DNA of 64,000 nucleotides from Thecamonas trahens ATCC 50062 (lineage: Eukaryota > Protista > Apusomonadida), in NCBI RefSeq assembly GCF_000142905.1, contig NW_013657650.1, positions 255,388 to 319,387 on the forward strand, given 5' to 3'. The translations under genes and the position numbers were made by a program. Shown piece by piece: positions 1 to 10,901 of the stretch. Position 1 is the stretch's first letter; every line of letters starts with the position of its first letter. The notes beneath the pieces were generated by a model. The model was not told where the DNA came from. It was given only the letters and a program-made list of their open reading frames with translations, and searched no databases.

Positions 1-19
1 CAGCGACAGCGAGCCCGAG

Positions 20-1462
20 ATGGTGGCCAAGTCGGCCAAGACGGAGCGGCGACGTGCGCAGAAGAAGTCAGTCCTCAAGCTGCAGTGCAGCCTTTGCGGC
101 GAATGCTACCGGCTTACCGAGTACATTGCCACGCAGCGCAAGGCCGAGGCACCGGTGTGCAACCTATGCCTGTGCGCACGCGCCGAGGAGCAAGCGGCGA
201 GCCCCGGAGTCCGGCGGGAGCTGCACCAGGCATGCACGCTTCTGGCGGCTATCGATCGGCGGGCGATCCGCGGGCGCAAGGGCATGTCGACGCTCTCCGA
301 TGGCTCAGTCGACTACATTCCAGGGCTCATGCTTCCGCTTGGAGCGCTGCCGCATAGCAAGCGCGACGTGCTGCTGCGTTGGAAGAGTGGGCCGTCGCCG
401 CGCGCCGCGCTCGACGCCATTCATCGCATCTACCGCGCCGTCGAGTCGTACGACGATCTGCTCTTTCGGCTCGAGCGCAATCCGCGGCTGGCGGTCTCAC
501 TCTACTGGTGGAGTCACGGCGCAACGACCCGGGTTGAGTACCTCGACGCGCTGCAGCGGCTGGCGATCCGCAAGAAGACCTGGATCGAGCGCTGTGCCGA
601 CGACGCCGAGGCCTCGATCGCCGCCGCTGCTGCGTCGCTGTTTTTCTCCGACACATGCGACGCGGTATGGGTTGTCGTCGACATTATGCACCATGCTGCG
701 TCCGACAAGGCACTCAACGTGGTGGCGCATCCTGCCTGGCCGTCAGCAGACGGCATCACCGCTCTGGATCTGATGACGCTCTCCGACTCGGAGCCGATGA
801 ACTCGCTTCTGGCCCGAACCCTCACTGGCGACAACCGGGTGTCGTTGCAGCCAATTGCGCTCCGGCTCCCACGCTCGCTTCCTCTCTACATGGTTTACGC
901 CTTGCTACAAACCAGGATCATGCCGTTGATTACCGGAAAGCTAGTGTCGCGGACTGTCGACTGGCGGTTGGCGTCGTCATATCCGCCGCTCGCACCGGCC
1001 TTTCTCGCTCTCTCGCCCACAGCCGGCCCAACTGGCGGCCATGCAGCAGCGCTTGCCGAGGCACTGGCGACGGCCGAGGCCTTGATGAGCAGCGAGCGTG
1101 AGGCGGAGCGTGCCATGGACGGCCTCACCGACGACGCGCGCGCCGCCCTGCCTGTCACGCTGGAAAGCAGCAGCAATCCTCAGGTTCTGGTGTGGAACGA
1201 CACGCTCGATACAGCTCTCACGCTCACCATGTTTGATGTCAAGACCGCTCTTGGCGACGCTGGCCTCGTCTCCTGGCAATCCGCTGCCGAGACTGCACAT
1301 CGAACGGCCACAGTCGTGCCGCGGCAGGCAACCCAGCTCGCGCACAAGAGCTCAACCTCGTTGCACCTTGTCGTGAACAGCAAGGCTATGTGGGTTGTTC
1401 CGCAGTTCAAAGTTGGGCGCGAGGTCGATGCACCCCTGGATCTAGCGCAAAGTTGGACATGA
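20..1462 (+). CDS. Hypothetical protein with N-terminal Stc1-like C4 zinc finger (may be 5'-partial)
   Basis: 480-aa ORF with coding-like codon usage; motif CSLC-x8-Y-x3-Q-x8-CNLC; the frame is open back to the window edge. Confidence 0.6.
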   Translation: MVAKSAKTERRRAQKKSVLKLQCSLCGECYRLTEYIATQRKAEAPVCNLCLCARAEEQAASPGVRRELHQACTLLAAIDRRAIRGRKGMSTLSDGSVDYIPGLMLPLGALPHSKRDVLLRWKSGPSPRAALDAIHRIYRAVESYDDLLFRLERNPRLAVSLYWWSHGATTRVEYLDALQRLAIRKKTWIERCADDAEASIAAAAASLFFSDTCDAVWVVVDIMHHAASDKALNVVAHPAWPSADGITALDLMTLSDSEPMNSLLARTLTGDNRVSLQPIALRLPRSLPLYMVYALLQTRIMPLITGKLVSRTVDWRLASSYPPLAPAFLALSPTAGPTGGHAAALAEALATAEALMSSEREAERAMDGLTDDARAALPVTLESSSNPQVLVWNDTLDTALTLTMFDVKTALGDAGLVSWQSAAETAHRTATVVPRQATQLAHKSSTSLHLVVNSKAMWVVPQFKVGREVDAPLDLAQSWT

Positions 1463-1480
1463 CGTCCCGAGCATCAAACA

Positions 1481-3078
1481 CTACGCCTTGAGCTCATAGA
1501 TGAGGACACACGCGTTTGAGACCGAGACAACAGGGCAGGCACAGGCGTGACGTCAAGGTCGAGGACGCGAAAGTACTCGCCAGGCTTGGAAGCTGGGGCG
1601 ATGGTCACGGCGTAGGTGCCTGAGGCCTGACCGGCCTCACGCTCGTGAGTGATGGCGGCAAGAAGCGCATAGGTGGTGGCAGAGTTGGCGACAGCAGCGG
1701 CCGGCGCGAGGTACGGCGCCATGTCGAGGTTGTCGAGCGGAAAGTTGACGACGGTGGCATTGGCGGAAGTGTCCGGAAGCGCGGCAGATGCCGCTGAAGG
1801 AGGAGGCGGCGCTGTGACCGACGCGCCCGACGCACCCGATGCGCCCGAGCCAGCGGCGTCCGAGCGGTCGAGGTGAAGAACCAAGAACCGCGGGAGGCCG
1901 TCCTGCGGAATGATGTACTTGCGGCGGCGGGCGCCGATGTGGGTCGGCGTCACCCCGTCGTACTTTGCAAGCAACTGCGCGAGAGATACCTGGTGAGCCA
2001 GCTCGGCAGCCTTGTCCGACGGATAAAGCGGCGGGTTGGGAACTTCGAGCGCGAGGAAGAGGAACGGGACGGTGGCAACCGAGATGGGGATCCAGTCACC
2101 GCGGACAGCGGCGGCGCCGCCCTCAAGCTCCTCGGTCCGAGTCGTCACTTTGCCGCGGAAGAGCAAATCAACGAGCGAGCGCGAGAGTTTGGCCGGTGCC
2201 GGCAGCTCGCCGTCGAGGCGGGAGCGCGCGTCAGCGAACAGGGCCTTGGCCTGGGCCTTGGGCAGCTTGATGCCCCGCGCAAGCTCGTTGAGAAACCAGA
2301 CGAGAAAGGCGAGCGGATCCGAGGGGACACCCGGGCGGAAGCGCTTGCGCGAGAGCTTGGCGATGACCTGGACCAGCTCGTGCGGCGAGACGTGAGCCTT
2401 AAAGTTGCCGCCGTGCCAGACCTTGCGGACAAAGGCGCCAAAGGCGGAGGCGAGCGGCGAGCGGGCGGCAGCGGCGACGGCGTCGTCGTCGAGGGCAAAG
2501 TCACGGAGCGGACGGACGTGGGCGAGAGCGAGGAGGACGGCATTGATACCATCGGTGGCGGAGAGGTTGTTAAGGCCGACAACGCCGCGGAGGTATGCGT
2601 TGCCGGCCAGGTCGACACCGGGCGCCTCAGCGGCGGCGGCGTCGATGCCGGCAATGTCAGCGGGCGCGTAGCGCGGGCGAAGGACGGCGGCGACGTCGGC
2701 AAGCAGCGCAGGCGGAACAGGCGTGCCGTCGGGCAGCATCCATGCCGCAGTCGTCGTTGTGTGCATGTACAGCGGATGGCCGGTCTCCAGCGCGTGGGCG
2801 TAGGCGACCGAGTCGGGCCCACGGCCCTGGACCAGCACGCCGCAGGTGAGGCAGGCGTACACGTTGAGGTTCGACAGCGTCACCGAGCACACCTTCTCCC
2901 GGTCAAAGTCGAGCACAGGCCGCACTACGCTCGCCAGCGCCACCCGCAGCGCCGCGTCGTCGTCGCTGGTCGGCGGCTGCTGGTGCGCGACCGAGGTACT
3001 GCGGACGGCTGGTGCGGGCGGGGCGGTCGGCGGCGGGCTGGACGGGCGGCGGCGGCGCTTGACATTTGTGGCGTCCAT
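1481..3078 (-). CDS. USP39: U4/U6.U5 tri-snRNP-associated protein 2 (USP39/Sad1), zf-UBP + inactive USP domain
   Basis: LDFDREKVCSVTLSNLNVYACLTCG, GVVGLNNLSATD (Asp at the catalytic Cys position), FKAHVSPHELVQ. A 1-nt frameshift near 1530 restores the C-terminus VSVSNACVLIYELKA* (stop at 1481). Confidence 0.92.
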
Positions 3079-3194
3079 GTGGAGGGGTGGGGGGNNNNNN
3101 NNNNNNNNNNNNNNNNNNNNNNNNNNNNNNNNNNNNNNNNNNNNNNNNNNNNNNNNNNNNNNNNNNNNNNNNNNNNNNNNNNNNNNNNNNNNNN

Positions 3195-3359
3195 CCAGAA
3201 TCGGGTTTCGCCATCAGAATCATCTGCTTCACACCAGACACAGAGCCGGCCGTCTCGGCCCAGGTACGACAGCACCTGCTTGGTCGCCTCGGTCTTGCCG
3301 GCACCAGACTCACCTGAAATGAGCACAGACTGGTCCGTCTGCCCGCGGATGCCCTCCAT
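3195..3359 (-). other. Isolated myosin motor-domain P-loop fragment next to an assembly gap
   Basis: DQSVLISGESGAGKTEATKQVLSYL, then (shifted frame) AETAGSVSGVKQMILMA; no upstream myosin sequence; bounded by a G-tract and an N-gap. Confidence 0.75.
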
Positions 3360-3518
3360 CAGGGGGGGGGGGAGGGGGGGGAGGAGTGAGGTGGAAGCCG
3401 AGGCGGACGAGTCGGCCGAACGCCCGGTGAGGGCAGCACAAGGCGACATGGCGGGAGGATTTATGATAACTTCGCCGACGCCGCGCACTTGCAACATGCT
3501 CGCGCGCCGATGAAGCGA

Positions 3519-4055
3519 TTAGATGTCGTCGATCTCGTCGTCGCCACCGCCAAAGGTCTCGGCCTCCTCGAGATCCTCCTCGTACTGGTTGATAATGGCA
3601 TCCCAGGCGTCGACGCCGTCGTTGCGCTCGGTGGCATCGGCGGCGACGGCGGTGGTGAGGCCGAAGGTGATCTCCTCGTCGGCGTCCTCCTCCTCGAGGC
3701 CGCCGGCAGTGTTGATGCGGGCGGTGGCCGGGATCTCGCCAAGCGTCTGCAGGCGACGGGCCTCGTGGGTGTAGTACTTGAGGATGACGTCACCCTTGGT
3801 GTCCTGGAAGTCGCGGAGGCCGATGAGGACAAAGTCCGAGACCGAGATCCAGACCTTCTTGCGCATCTTGCCGCGGATGTGGCACTGGCGCTTGACGCCG
3901 TCGAAGCAGTAGACCTCGACGCGGCAGTTGCCGAGCACCTTGGTCACCTGCCCGTACTCCTGCCCGGGCTCCTTGAACGTGATGTCGCGCGCCTCATTGT
4001 CGCGGTTGTTCTTGCCCTTGCGATGCGACTTGCCGCCCTTTCCCTTCTTCGGCAT
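3519..4055 (-). CDS. EIF1A: Translation initiation factor eIF1A
   Basis: [16 protein letters not shown]...[19 protein letters not shown]...[13 protein letters not shown]...LRDFQD, acidic tail. Confidence 0.97.
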   Translation of the reverse strand: MPKKGKGGKSHRKGKNNRDNEARDITFKEPGQEYGQVTKVLGNCRVEVYCFDGVKRQCHIRGKMRKKVWISVSDFVLIGLRDFQDTKGDVILKYYTHEARRLQTLGEIPATARINTAGGLEEEDADEEITFGLTTAVAADATERNDGVDAWDAIINQYEEDLEEAETFGGGDDEIDDI

Positions 4056-4064
4056 GCTTGTTTG

Positions 4065-4352
4065 CTGCACGAGGGGAGGGAGGAGGGGAGGGTAAGTTGG
4101 GGTTGGGTGGGCGGAGGGGGGTGCTTTGCGGGGCAGAGAGGGGGGGGGGCGGGGGAGGGGGGGGAGGGGGGAGGGGAGGGGGGGGGGGAGGGGGCTCCCG
4201 AGGAACGTGGCTCCATCGGCGTCCATCCCACGGGCTGCTTGCCCAGCAGGCCACCGGCACCAACGGCGGAGGGTAGGGGGCAAGGGGAGGGGGGGGGAAG
4301 GCAGGGGAAGGGGAGGGGAGGGGAGATGGCCAGCCTCTGTGGCTGTGCGTAC
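4065..4352 (-). other. Predicted 5'-UTR intron of eIF1A
   Basis: CAG|GTACGC donor at 4352, C-rich interior, GTGCAG acceptor at 4065, 9 nt before the ATG. Confidence 0.6.
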
Positions 4353-4523
4353 CTGCTTCAAGATAAGTGTGCCGAGGGCGGAGGCTGAGAGAGAATGTTG
4401 GAGGAAGTGGAGGCGGCCGGCCGGAGGGCCCCTGTTGGCTGCGACCACTGCAGGATGCTACAAGGGAATGGGAGGGGGGGGGGGGCGGGTGAGGCCATGC
4501 GTTTTAAGCTTTATCTACTGTCG

Positions 4524-5654
4524 TCACCCACCAAACTCAAGGCCAAACTCGCCAAAGTCATCATCGTCGCCGCCACCGTCGTCAAGCGAGCCTGCGCCAC
4601 TCAGCGCGGTCATGGCAGCATCAAAGGGCGCATCGCTCTCGTCGGCATCAGCAGTGGGATCGTAGTTGGGGTCGAGCTGGTCACGAAGGATGGCGCGGGC
4701 GCGGTCGATGACATCATCAATGGCCGGGCGCTCGGTCGGGTTGGTGTTGAGCATGTAGTGGATGAGGTCGACAAAACGGGCCGAGTACGGGTGCGAGTCA
4801 GGGATGGAGATGCGACCGGACATGACCGAGAGAGCGATGGAGCCGCCCGACTGGCCGGCGGCAGCCTCAAACGGCGAGACACCGCCAAAGGCGACGGCAT
4901 AGAGCAGGCAGCCGAGCGCCCAGACATCAGTCCGCTCGTCGACCGAGCCATCCGACGGCACGTCAAAGAGCTCGGGCGCGCGGAACGAAGCCATGGATCC
5001 CTCGGCGGCCTCATCGGCAAGGGCCAGGGCCTGGGCGCGCGAGCGGATGGCGACGCGGGCAGGCCGCATCGAGCCAAAGTCCATGAGCAGCGGACAGTTG
5101 TTGTCGTTGAGCAGGATGTTGCCCGGCTTGATATCGCGGTGGGCGAGCGGTGGGTCGTGGTGGTGCAGCTCGCGGACGCCGGTGCAGACCGAGACGAACA
5201 GAGCGAGGGCCTCGGTCTCGGTGAACCGCACGCCCGACGCGCGCATGTGGCCGAGCAGCTCGGCAAGCGAGCCACCGCGGTGGTACGGGAGGAGCAGGAG
5301 GACCGCCGACGCGCCGCTGCCGACGCCGCCGCCGGCGCTCAGCAGGTTGACCCCCGAGCTGCCCGGCCCGCCGCCGCCGCCACCCCCGGGCGCGGCGACA
5401 ACGCCGTAGTCGATAACCTTGAGCAGGTTCGGATGGTCGAAGAGCGTGTGCAGCTCGGCCTCGCGCAGCGCAGCCTCGACCTGCTCCTCCTCGTGCGCCA
5501 CGATCTTCTTGAGGGCAAAGACCTCGCCGGTCCGCGTGTCTTCCACCAGGTAGACGTAGGCGAAGCCGCCCTCGCCGAGCAGCGACAGCGTCTTGAGGTG
5601 GCGGCCGTTGAGCACCACGTCGCGCGCCGGCGTCTTGGAGCAGCACCCTCCCAT
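4524..5654 (-). CDS. STK16: NAK-family Ser/Thr kinase, STK16/MPSK1-like
   Basis: MGGCCSK (myristoylation + palmitoylation), LGEGGFAYV, FALKK, HRDIKPGN, LMDFGS, FRAPELFDV, DERTDVWALGC. Confidence 0.88.
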   Translation of the reverse strand: MGGCCSKTPARDVVLNGRHLKTLSLLGEGGFAYVYLVEDTRTGEVFALKKIVAHEEEQVEAALREAELHTLFDHPNLLKVIDYGVVAAPGGGGGGGPGSSGVNLLSAGGGVGSGASAVLLLLPYHRGGSLAELLGHMRASGVRFTETEALALFVSVCTGVRELHHHDPPLAHRDIKPGNILLNDNNCPLLMDFGSMRPARVAIRSRAQALALADEAAEGSMASFRAPELFDVPSDGSVDERTDVWALGCLLYAVAFGGVSPFEAAAGQSGGSIALSVMSGRISIPDSHPYSARFVDLIHYMLNTNPTERPAIDDVIDRARAILRDQLDPNYDPTADADESDAPFDAAMTALSGAGSLDDGGGDDDDFGEFGLEFGG

Positions 5655-6033
5655 GGCTGGATGTGTGCGTGTGGAGAGGGAGAGGGGGGGCGTGAGGTGA
5701 TGGGGACGGGTTGCGCAGTCAATAGGCACGCGACAGCGGCTGCCGAACCTTTGCTCGGCTGCGCCCCGAAAAGCAGCTTGAGCAGCCGGCAGGGCACGTC
5801 TTTTCCCGCCTGCCCCCCCCTTCCCCCCCGCCACCGCCACCGCTCGCACTCACACCACGCTTTGGCAGCCGGCACTCCTCCCACGCGCGTCCCTTTCGAC
5901 CCACGTACGGCCCGGACGCTTGCGGCTTCACAAGACCTCCTCTCTAGCACCACGCCGACGCCAGCGCCAAGCCGGTAGCCCTCGACGGCCTCGCCTTTCG
6001 CACCCCTCTGCCTCTCGCTGTAGATTCGTGGCC

Positions 6034-7923
6034 ATGATTCTGGCACCCGACGAGTTCGACACGGCCTTTGCGCAGCTGCGCAACTACGCGCAGACGGTGG
6101 GCCTTCCGGTGCACATCTTTGCGGCGACAGACACGGACGCGCTGTGTGCGACGCGCATCCTCGCTTCGCTGCTGCGGGCCGACTCGATTGCGTACGACGT
6201 GATGCCCGTGACCGGGTACGCGCAGCTCGGCGCGGCGGCCGAGGCGCAGCTCGCGGGCAAGGGCGACCCGCTGGCGGTGGTGCTCATCAACTGCGGAGCC
6301 ATCATCGACGTGTTCGAGTACTTTCAGCTGCCCGAGGGCTCGGTGACCATTGTTGTCGACGCACACCGGCCGTACCACCTCAATAACGTGTACTCGGGTG
6401 ACGGGGTGTTTGTTCTCGACGACGGGACGGCCGAAGGCGACACGGTCCCGTCGCTCGAGCTTTACGAGTGCATGCTCAACGACGGCCTGGCGCCGGACGA
6501 GGAGCAGGCGGCGTCGCGCTCGCCTGAGGAGCTCGACGACGACGGATACGACGACGACGGGGCGGCGGTAGGCGGCGTGCGGCGGCGGGCATCGCCGACC
6601 GAGCACGCCGCGCGCAAGCGGGCCAAGGTCGCCGGGCGGACGCTCTCGGTCATCGAGCTCGCCGAAGCTCGCCAGCAGGCGCTCGAGGCGCGGTCAATCA
6701 TCGAAAAGTACTACGCCGGCTCGTACTTTGGTACGTCAGCAGCCACACTCATGTACATCATGGCCAAGGAGCTCAACCGCGAGGAGAACTACCTCCTCTG
6801 GCTCGCCATTGTTGGCCTCACCGACCAGTACATCCACGAGCGGATCGACAGCGACAAGTACGAGGTCGACCTCGCCACGTTTGTCGTTGACGTCCAGCGG
6901 AGCAATCCCGAGGCCGAGCCGTCGCGGTCGTTCCGCGAGGGCCCCGAGGCCACCCACTACCACATCTCGGGCATCGACGAGTACCGATTCATGCTCTTCC
7001 GCCACTGGACGCTCTACGACTCGATGTTCCACTCGCCGTACATCGCCGCCCGCCTCGGCATCTGGCAGGAGCCCGGCAAGGCCCGCCTTCGCACCATGCT
7101 CGCCAAGATGGGCCTCCGCCTCTCCGAGGCCAAGCAAAAGTACGCGCTCATGTCGCGCGACGCCAAGCACGTCCTCGAAACGCGCATCCACGATGCCGCC
7201 GCAGAGTTTGGCCTGCCCAACGTTGCCTACGAGTCGTTCCAGCTCAAGCACATCTACTCGCTCCCGCTGACGGCATCGGATCTCGTCTACGCCACCACAG
7301 CCCTCCTCGAAGTGCCGGCCAAGTCAAGTCCAGGCGCCGAGTCGGTCATCGCCGGTGTCGCCGCCGCCGCGCCCGAGGTCCTCCGCGCCGCCTCGCGCTC
7401 GTCAAGCGAGATGCAGGCCAACTTTTGGGCCGCCTACGACGCCCTGCACCTCCGCAACGAGGCCAAGCTCAAGCTCGGCCTCGACCACGCCATCGACGTC
7501 CAGCGCGCCATTGTCCGTCAGGGCACTTCGCTCATCGAGTCGCGCGCCATCGTCCCCTCGGGCCCCTTCCGCTATGCCTTTATCACAGACTCGCCCGACC
7601 TGCCGTACTTTGTCCACCCACTCGCCCTCACCAAGCTCGCCAACTTTCTCGTCGACACGCTGCGCGAGGCCGGCAAGGCGCCCAAGCCGTTTGTCATGGC
7701 CGCGCTCAACAAGGATGCTGACTCGTACCTCGTCGTCGGCGTCTCGGGTGCCGCCCGCTTTGGCTCTGTCGCCAAGAACACCTTTGGCCAGGCCTTTGTC
7801 GCCGCCGCCGACGCCACGCAGGTCTCGGCCAAGTTTGACTGCTTCGAGTCGTCTTTTGTCGACGTCAAGCGCGAAGACATGACGAACTTTCTCGAACATC
7901 TGCATCACGATCTCTTTGCATGA
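6034..7923 (+). CDS. CDC45: DNA replication initiation factor Cdc45
   Basis: DTDALCATRIL, LINCGA, VDAHRPYHLNNVY, LLWLAIVGLTDQY, RFMLFRHWTLYDSMFHS, LAKMG, NTFGQAF, FDCFES. Confidence 0.96.
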   Translation: MILAPDEFDTAFAQLRNYAQTVGLPVHIFAATDTDALCATRILASLLRADSIAYDVMPVTGYAQLGAAAEAQLAGKGDPLAVVLINCGAIIDVFEYFQLPEGSVTIVVDAHRPYHLNNVYSGDGVFVLDDGTAEGDTVPSLELYECMLNDGLAPDEEQAASRSPEELDDDGYDDDGAAVGGVRRRASPTEHAARKRAKVAGRTLSVIELAEARQQALEARSIIEKYYAGSYFGTSAATLMYIMAKELNREENYLLWLAIVGLTDQYIHERIDSDKYEVDLATFVVDVQRSNPEAEPSRSFREGPEATHYHISGIDEYRFMLFRHWTLYDSMFHSPYIAARLGIWQEPGKARLRTMLAKMGLRLSEAKQKYALMSRDAKHVLETRIHDAAAEFGLPNVAYESFQLKHIYSLPLTASDLVYATTALLEVPAKSSPGAESVIAGVAAAAPEVLRAASRSSSEMQANFWAAYDALHLRNEAKLKLGLDHAIDVQRAIVRQGTSLIESRAIVPSGPFRYAFITDSPDLPYFVHPLALTKLANFLVDTLREAGKAPKPFVMAALNKDADSYLVVGVSGAARFGSVAKNTFGQAFVAAADATQVSAKFDCFESSFVDVKREDMTNFLEHLHHDLFA

Positions 7924-8074
7924 TCTGTGGTGAGCTAGCTACACCTGCGCAGTCGGGAAGAGTTAGGGCTCACGACGTTGTGTGTGTGGGCTGCTCCAGA
8001 GACGAGTACGAGGGTAAAACATAGAACAAATGCCGTGAAAAGTGTTTTGCCGTGACAAGGCTGTAGAAATACTC

Positions 8075-8225
8075 GACTTCACAGCTATACATTCATATTT
8101 TTCTGAACCTATAAATATTTTATATTTGGTTTTCAAAAAATATTTTTAGTATTTGTCCATTTTCATCTATATTTTCAATAATATATATTTGATTTACTGG
8201 ATTTGTAAAAGTTTATAGTCACAAA
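8075..8225. other. AT-rich island (~150 bp) in otherwise high-GC DNA
   Basis: Stretch such as ataaatattttatatttggttttcaaaaaatatttttagt; unique in this window. Confidence 0.85.
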
Positions 8226-8704
8226 TGCTGTCTAGAGTTGCAGGCAGCCTCCATCCCATATCGTCCCCATGCTCATCATTAACGTCGCCCCCAGGTAATC
8301 TTTGCCTCCTTGTACGGCTTGCCAAGTACAAAGAACCCTTATACTCTGTCTAGGAGCCCGTAGCTTGTCTCCACACCGAGAAAATGCTCTAGCGGTCGCT
8401 GTGGCCCACACTCACCGACTGATCCACAGATCACGTCTTCCCATTGTCCTCATCTTGCCCACGGCATCGGCACGCCGGGCCATTGCTTTCTCTCTCGCGT
8501 CGCAGCTGGGGACACTATACACTCCCATATCGTCCTTATCTACCTCTGATTCCGCCTTGAACTCTTTTCCTCCCCGATCAGCTGCTCTCCCTGACTCTCG
8601 CTCGCTCAGCCTCCGCTCAAAGTAGGCCGCCTCTTCGACACCCGCTCCCCGCCCTCGTAGACGGGCAAGCCCTTCTCTCGCCAAACACTCCAACAGCGCG
8701 GGAG

Positions 8705-10468
8705 ATGCTGCGCCTCTCGGCCACCGCTCGGGTACGCCCGCGGTCGCTGGTGGCAGCGCTGTCGACGCTCGGTCGGGCCCGCAGCCAGCGGCTGCTGGCA
8801 GCACGGATGGCTGCGCTTCTCGCCGGCGGGGCGCCCGACGCTGCCGTCGCCGCCTTTGCCCATGAAGCCGGCCCAGACCCACCGACTGCGGTCCATGCAC
8901 TGCGGCTACGGGCTCTAGCTGCTGCTGGCCACCCTGAGGCCGCCGAAGCCGCCTGGGACGCGCTCCCGGCCCGGCACCGAAGCCTGGCCACGTACCGCGC
9001 TGCGGCCGAGGGCCTGGCCTCGGCCGGCGCGCCCGCCGCGGCGGTCGCCGTCGCCGAGGCGATGGCCTCTGACGCGCGAATCGTGGACGCCCAGGTCCTT
9101 GGCACTCTTGCCGCCACCGTCTCACCATACGCGCCCGCCGACGCCCACGCTCGGGTCGCCGCGCTTGTTGTCAACGCTCTCTCCTCCTACGGGGTCGTCC
9201 TCCCGCCGTCGGCGCTGGTGGCGCTCCTTGCGGGTGATCCGGAGCTACTCACGGCGCTTCCACCGTCGCTTCCGGCCGCATCACTTCCGGATCCAGTCCA
9301 AATTGAGCCGCTGCTCAAGGCCGTTGCGCTCGCGTCGGCGCCCGACGACCTCTTCCGCGCCCTGCGGGCCTCTCCTCTCCTCGCTTCGAGCCGCGCCCGG
9401 ACCTCGCCTGCCGATCTGGTGGTCTTTGACTACGCTGCCGCGCTGCGGTCATCCGACTACGTTCGCGCCGACAAGCTGCAGGCTGCATTGGGTGACGCGT
9501 CGGTGGCGAGCCGTCCATCGCCGTCGGCGCTCCGCTTTGTCGTTGACGTTCTCGACTCGCGCGGGCTCGTCGACCGTGCCGTCGACCTTGCACGTGCTGT
9601 CTCCCGCTTGCTCTCACCGCATCAGCTTGCCAGCGAGTATGATCCTGCGCTTCGGGCGCTCCTGGGGATGTTCATTAGGAACACGCACGAGCCTGGCCTC
9701 GACGCCGCGCTCACACTCCTTGGCCGCTCGGCGGTCTCACTCAAGCCTGCCTCCACAGCTGCACTTGTCAAGACCGCGGCTCGTGTCTCGCCCATTTGGG
9801 CCCACACCGTGCTCGACAAGCTCGGTGCGTCGTCCCACGCAGGCGCCGTCCGCCATGTTGTGGCCGCCTACGCTGACGCGCAGGCCCCGACCCGCGCGCT
9901 CGCCCTGCTCGACGAAGCCGTGCCGGATCTCTGCGCCCGGACCGAGGAGTTGTACGCACCCATCGTCGCCGCTTACGCCGCCGACAACTACTGGGACCAA
10001 CTCGACGCGCTCCTTGCCGACGACGCTCACCTCCGCAAGCTCGCCACCCACAAGACCTACGCGCTCGCCTGCCGCGCCGCCCTCGAGGCCGGCTCGGCCG
10101 AGCATGCCCTCAAGTACTACACCCGGCTCCTGGCCCGCGCATCCTCCTCGCCACTGAGGCTGGAGATGTATGCGCTCGGTCTCGAGCTTGCGCACGCCAC
10201 CCGCGACTTTGACCTCTGCCTCTCCATCCTCGACTCGGTCCGTGCCCACGGCCGCTACGCTAATGAGCGCCTTGTCCTTCACGCGCTCGCCACCGCCGAG
10301 AGCCCCGACCAGCTCGAGGACGTCGCTGCCAAACTCGCTCACCCCAAGCTCGTCCGCACTCCGCGCATCGACGAAGCGCTCGACGCTCTCGTTTTCGACA
10401 CCTTTGGCGGCTCGCCCGATGACCTCGCTGCCGTCGACGCTGTCCTCTTTGCCGACACTCGGTTTTAG
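8705..10468 (+). CDS. PPR-like helical-repeat protein, probably mitochondrial
   Basis: Arg/Ser/Leu-rich N-terminus (MLRLSATARVRPRSL); about 35-aa units such as TYALACRAALEAGSAEHALKYYTRL, LYAPIVAAYAADNYWDQLDALL, MYALGLELAHATRDFDLCLSILDSVRAHG. Confidence 0.65.
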   Translation: MLRLSATARVRPRSLVAALSTLGRARSQRLLAARMAALLAGGAPDAAVAAFAHEAGPDPPTAVHALRLRALAAAGHPEAAEAAWDALPARHRSLATYRAAAEGLASAGAPAAAVAVAEAMASDARIVDAQVLGTLAATVSPYAPADAHARVAALVVNALSSYGVVLPPSALVALLAGDPELLTALPPSLPAASLPDPVQIEPLLKAVALASAPDDLFRALRASPLLASSRARTSPADLVVFDYAAALRSSDYVRADKLQAALGDASVASRPSPSALRFVVDVLDSRGLVDRAVDLARAVSRLLSPHQLASEYDPALRALLGMFIRNTHEPGLDAALTLLGRSAVSLKPASTAALVKTAARVSPIWAHTVLDKLGASSHAGAVRHVVAAYADAQAPTRALALLDEAVPDLCARTEELYAPIVAAYAADNYWDQLDALLADDAHLRKLATHKTYALACRAALEAGSAEHALKYYTRLLARASSSPLRLEMYALGLELAHATRDFDLCLSILDSVRAHGRYANERLVLHALATAESPDQLEDVAAKLAHPKLVRTPRIDEALDALVFDTFGGSPDDLAAVDAVLFADTRF

Positions 10469-10901
10469 CCCTTTACGGTACGGAATGGACAAATTGGTCC
10501 GTCGCGCAAGCCGCGCTCCGCGACGCTCCACAGACGTTGCAGCGTCCATCAATCGCGGTAAAAGAGTAGTACAATGTGTTAATGGCTGTCACAACAGAAA
10601 ACACTGCAGGACGAGAGCAGGTTGCCAGGAAACGGCACTCGATCGAGTCCTTTCACGGGACAACAGCGAGGTCGTCGCCCACGTTGCACACGAAGGCGTC
10701 GCCGGGACGAGCATCGGGCGGCAGGCCCCACGTGCGAGCCACGCATCGGGCGCGCCTCCCACCTCAAGCCGCAGGCCAAGCAAGCGTCGCACAGCGTCGG
10801 CCGGTGACCAGGAAGTCAAGCATCATCGAGTTGTTCACTTTGCGCGACAACGCGACAACGCGTCCGAACGACCGTACCGAAGAAAAGAAGTGTTCGCTCG
10901 G

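Noticed and set aside
2540-2590. USP39 pseudogenisation (catalytic Cys missing)
   Set aside because: USP39/Sad1 is normally a catalytically dead USP
1873-5978. Long antisense/overlapping ORFs (e.g. 1873-3513, 3489-4388, 4395-5978; likewise 47998-49866, 59644-60822)
   Set aside because: Shadow ORFs expected from high GC3 codon bias opposite real genes; no motifs
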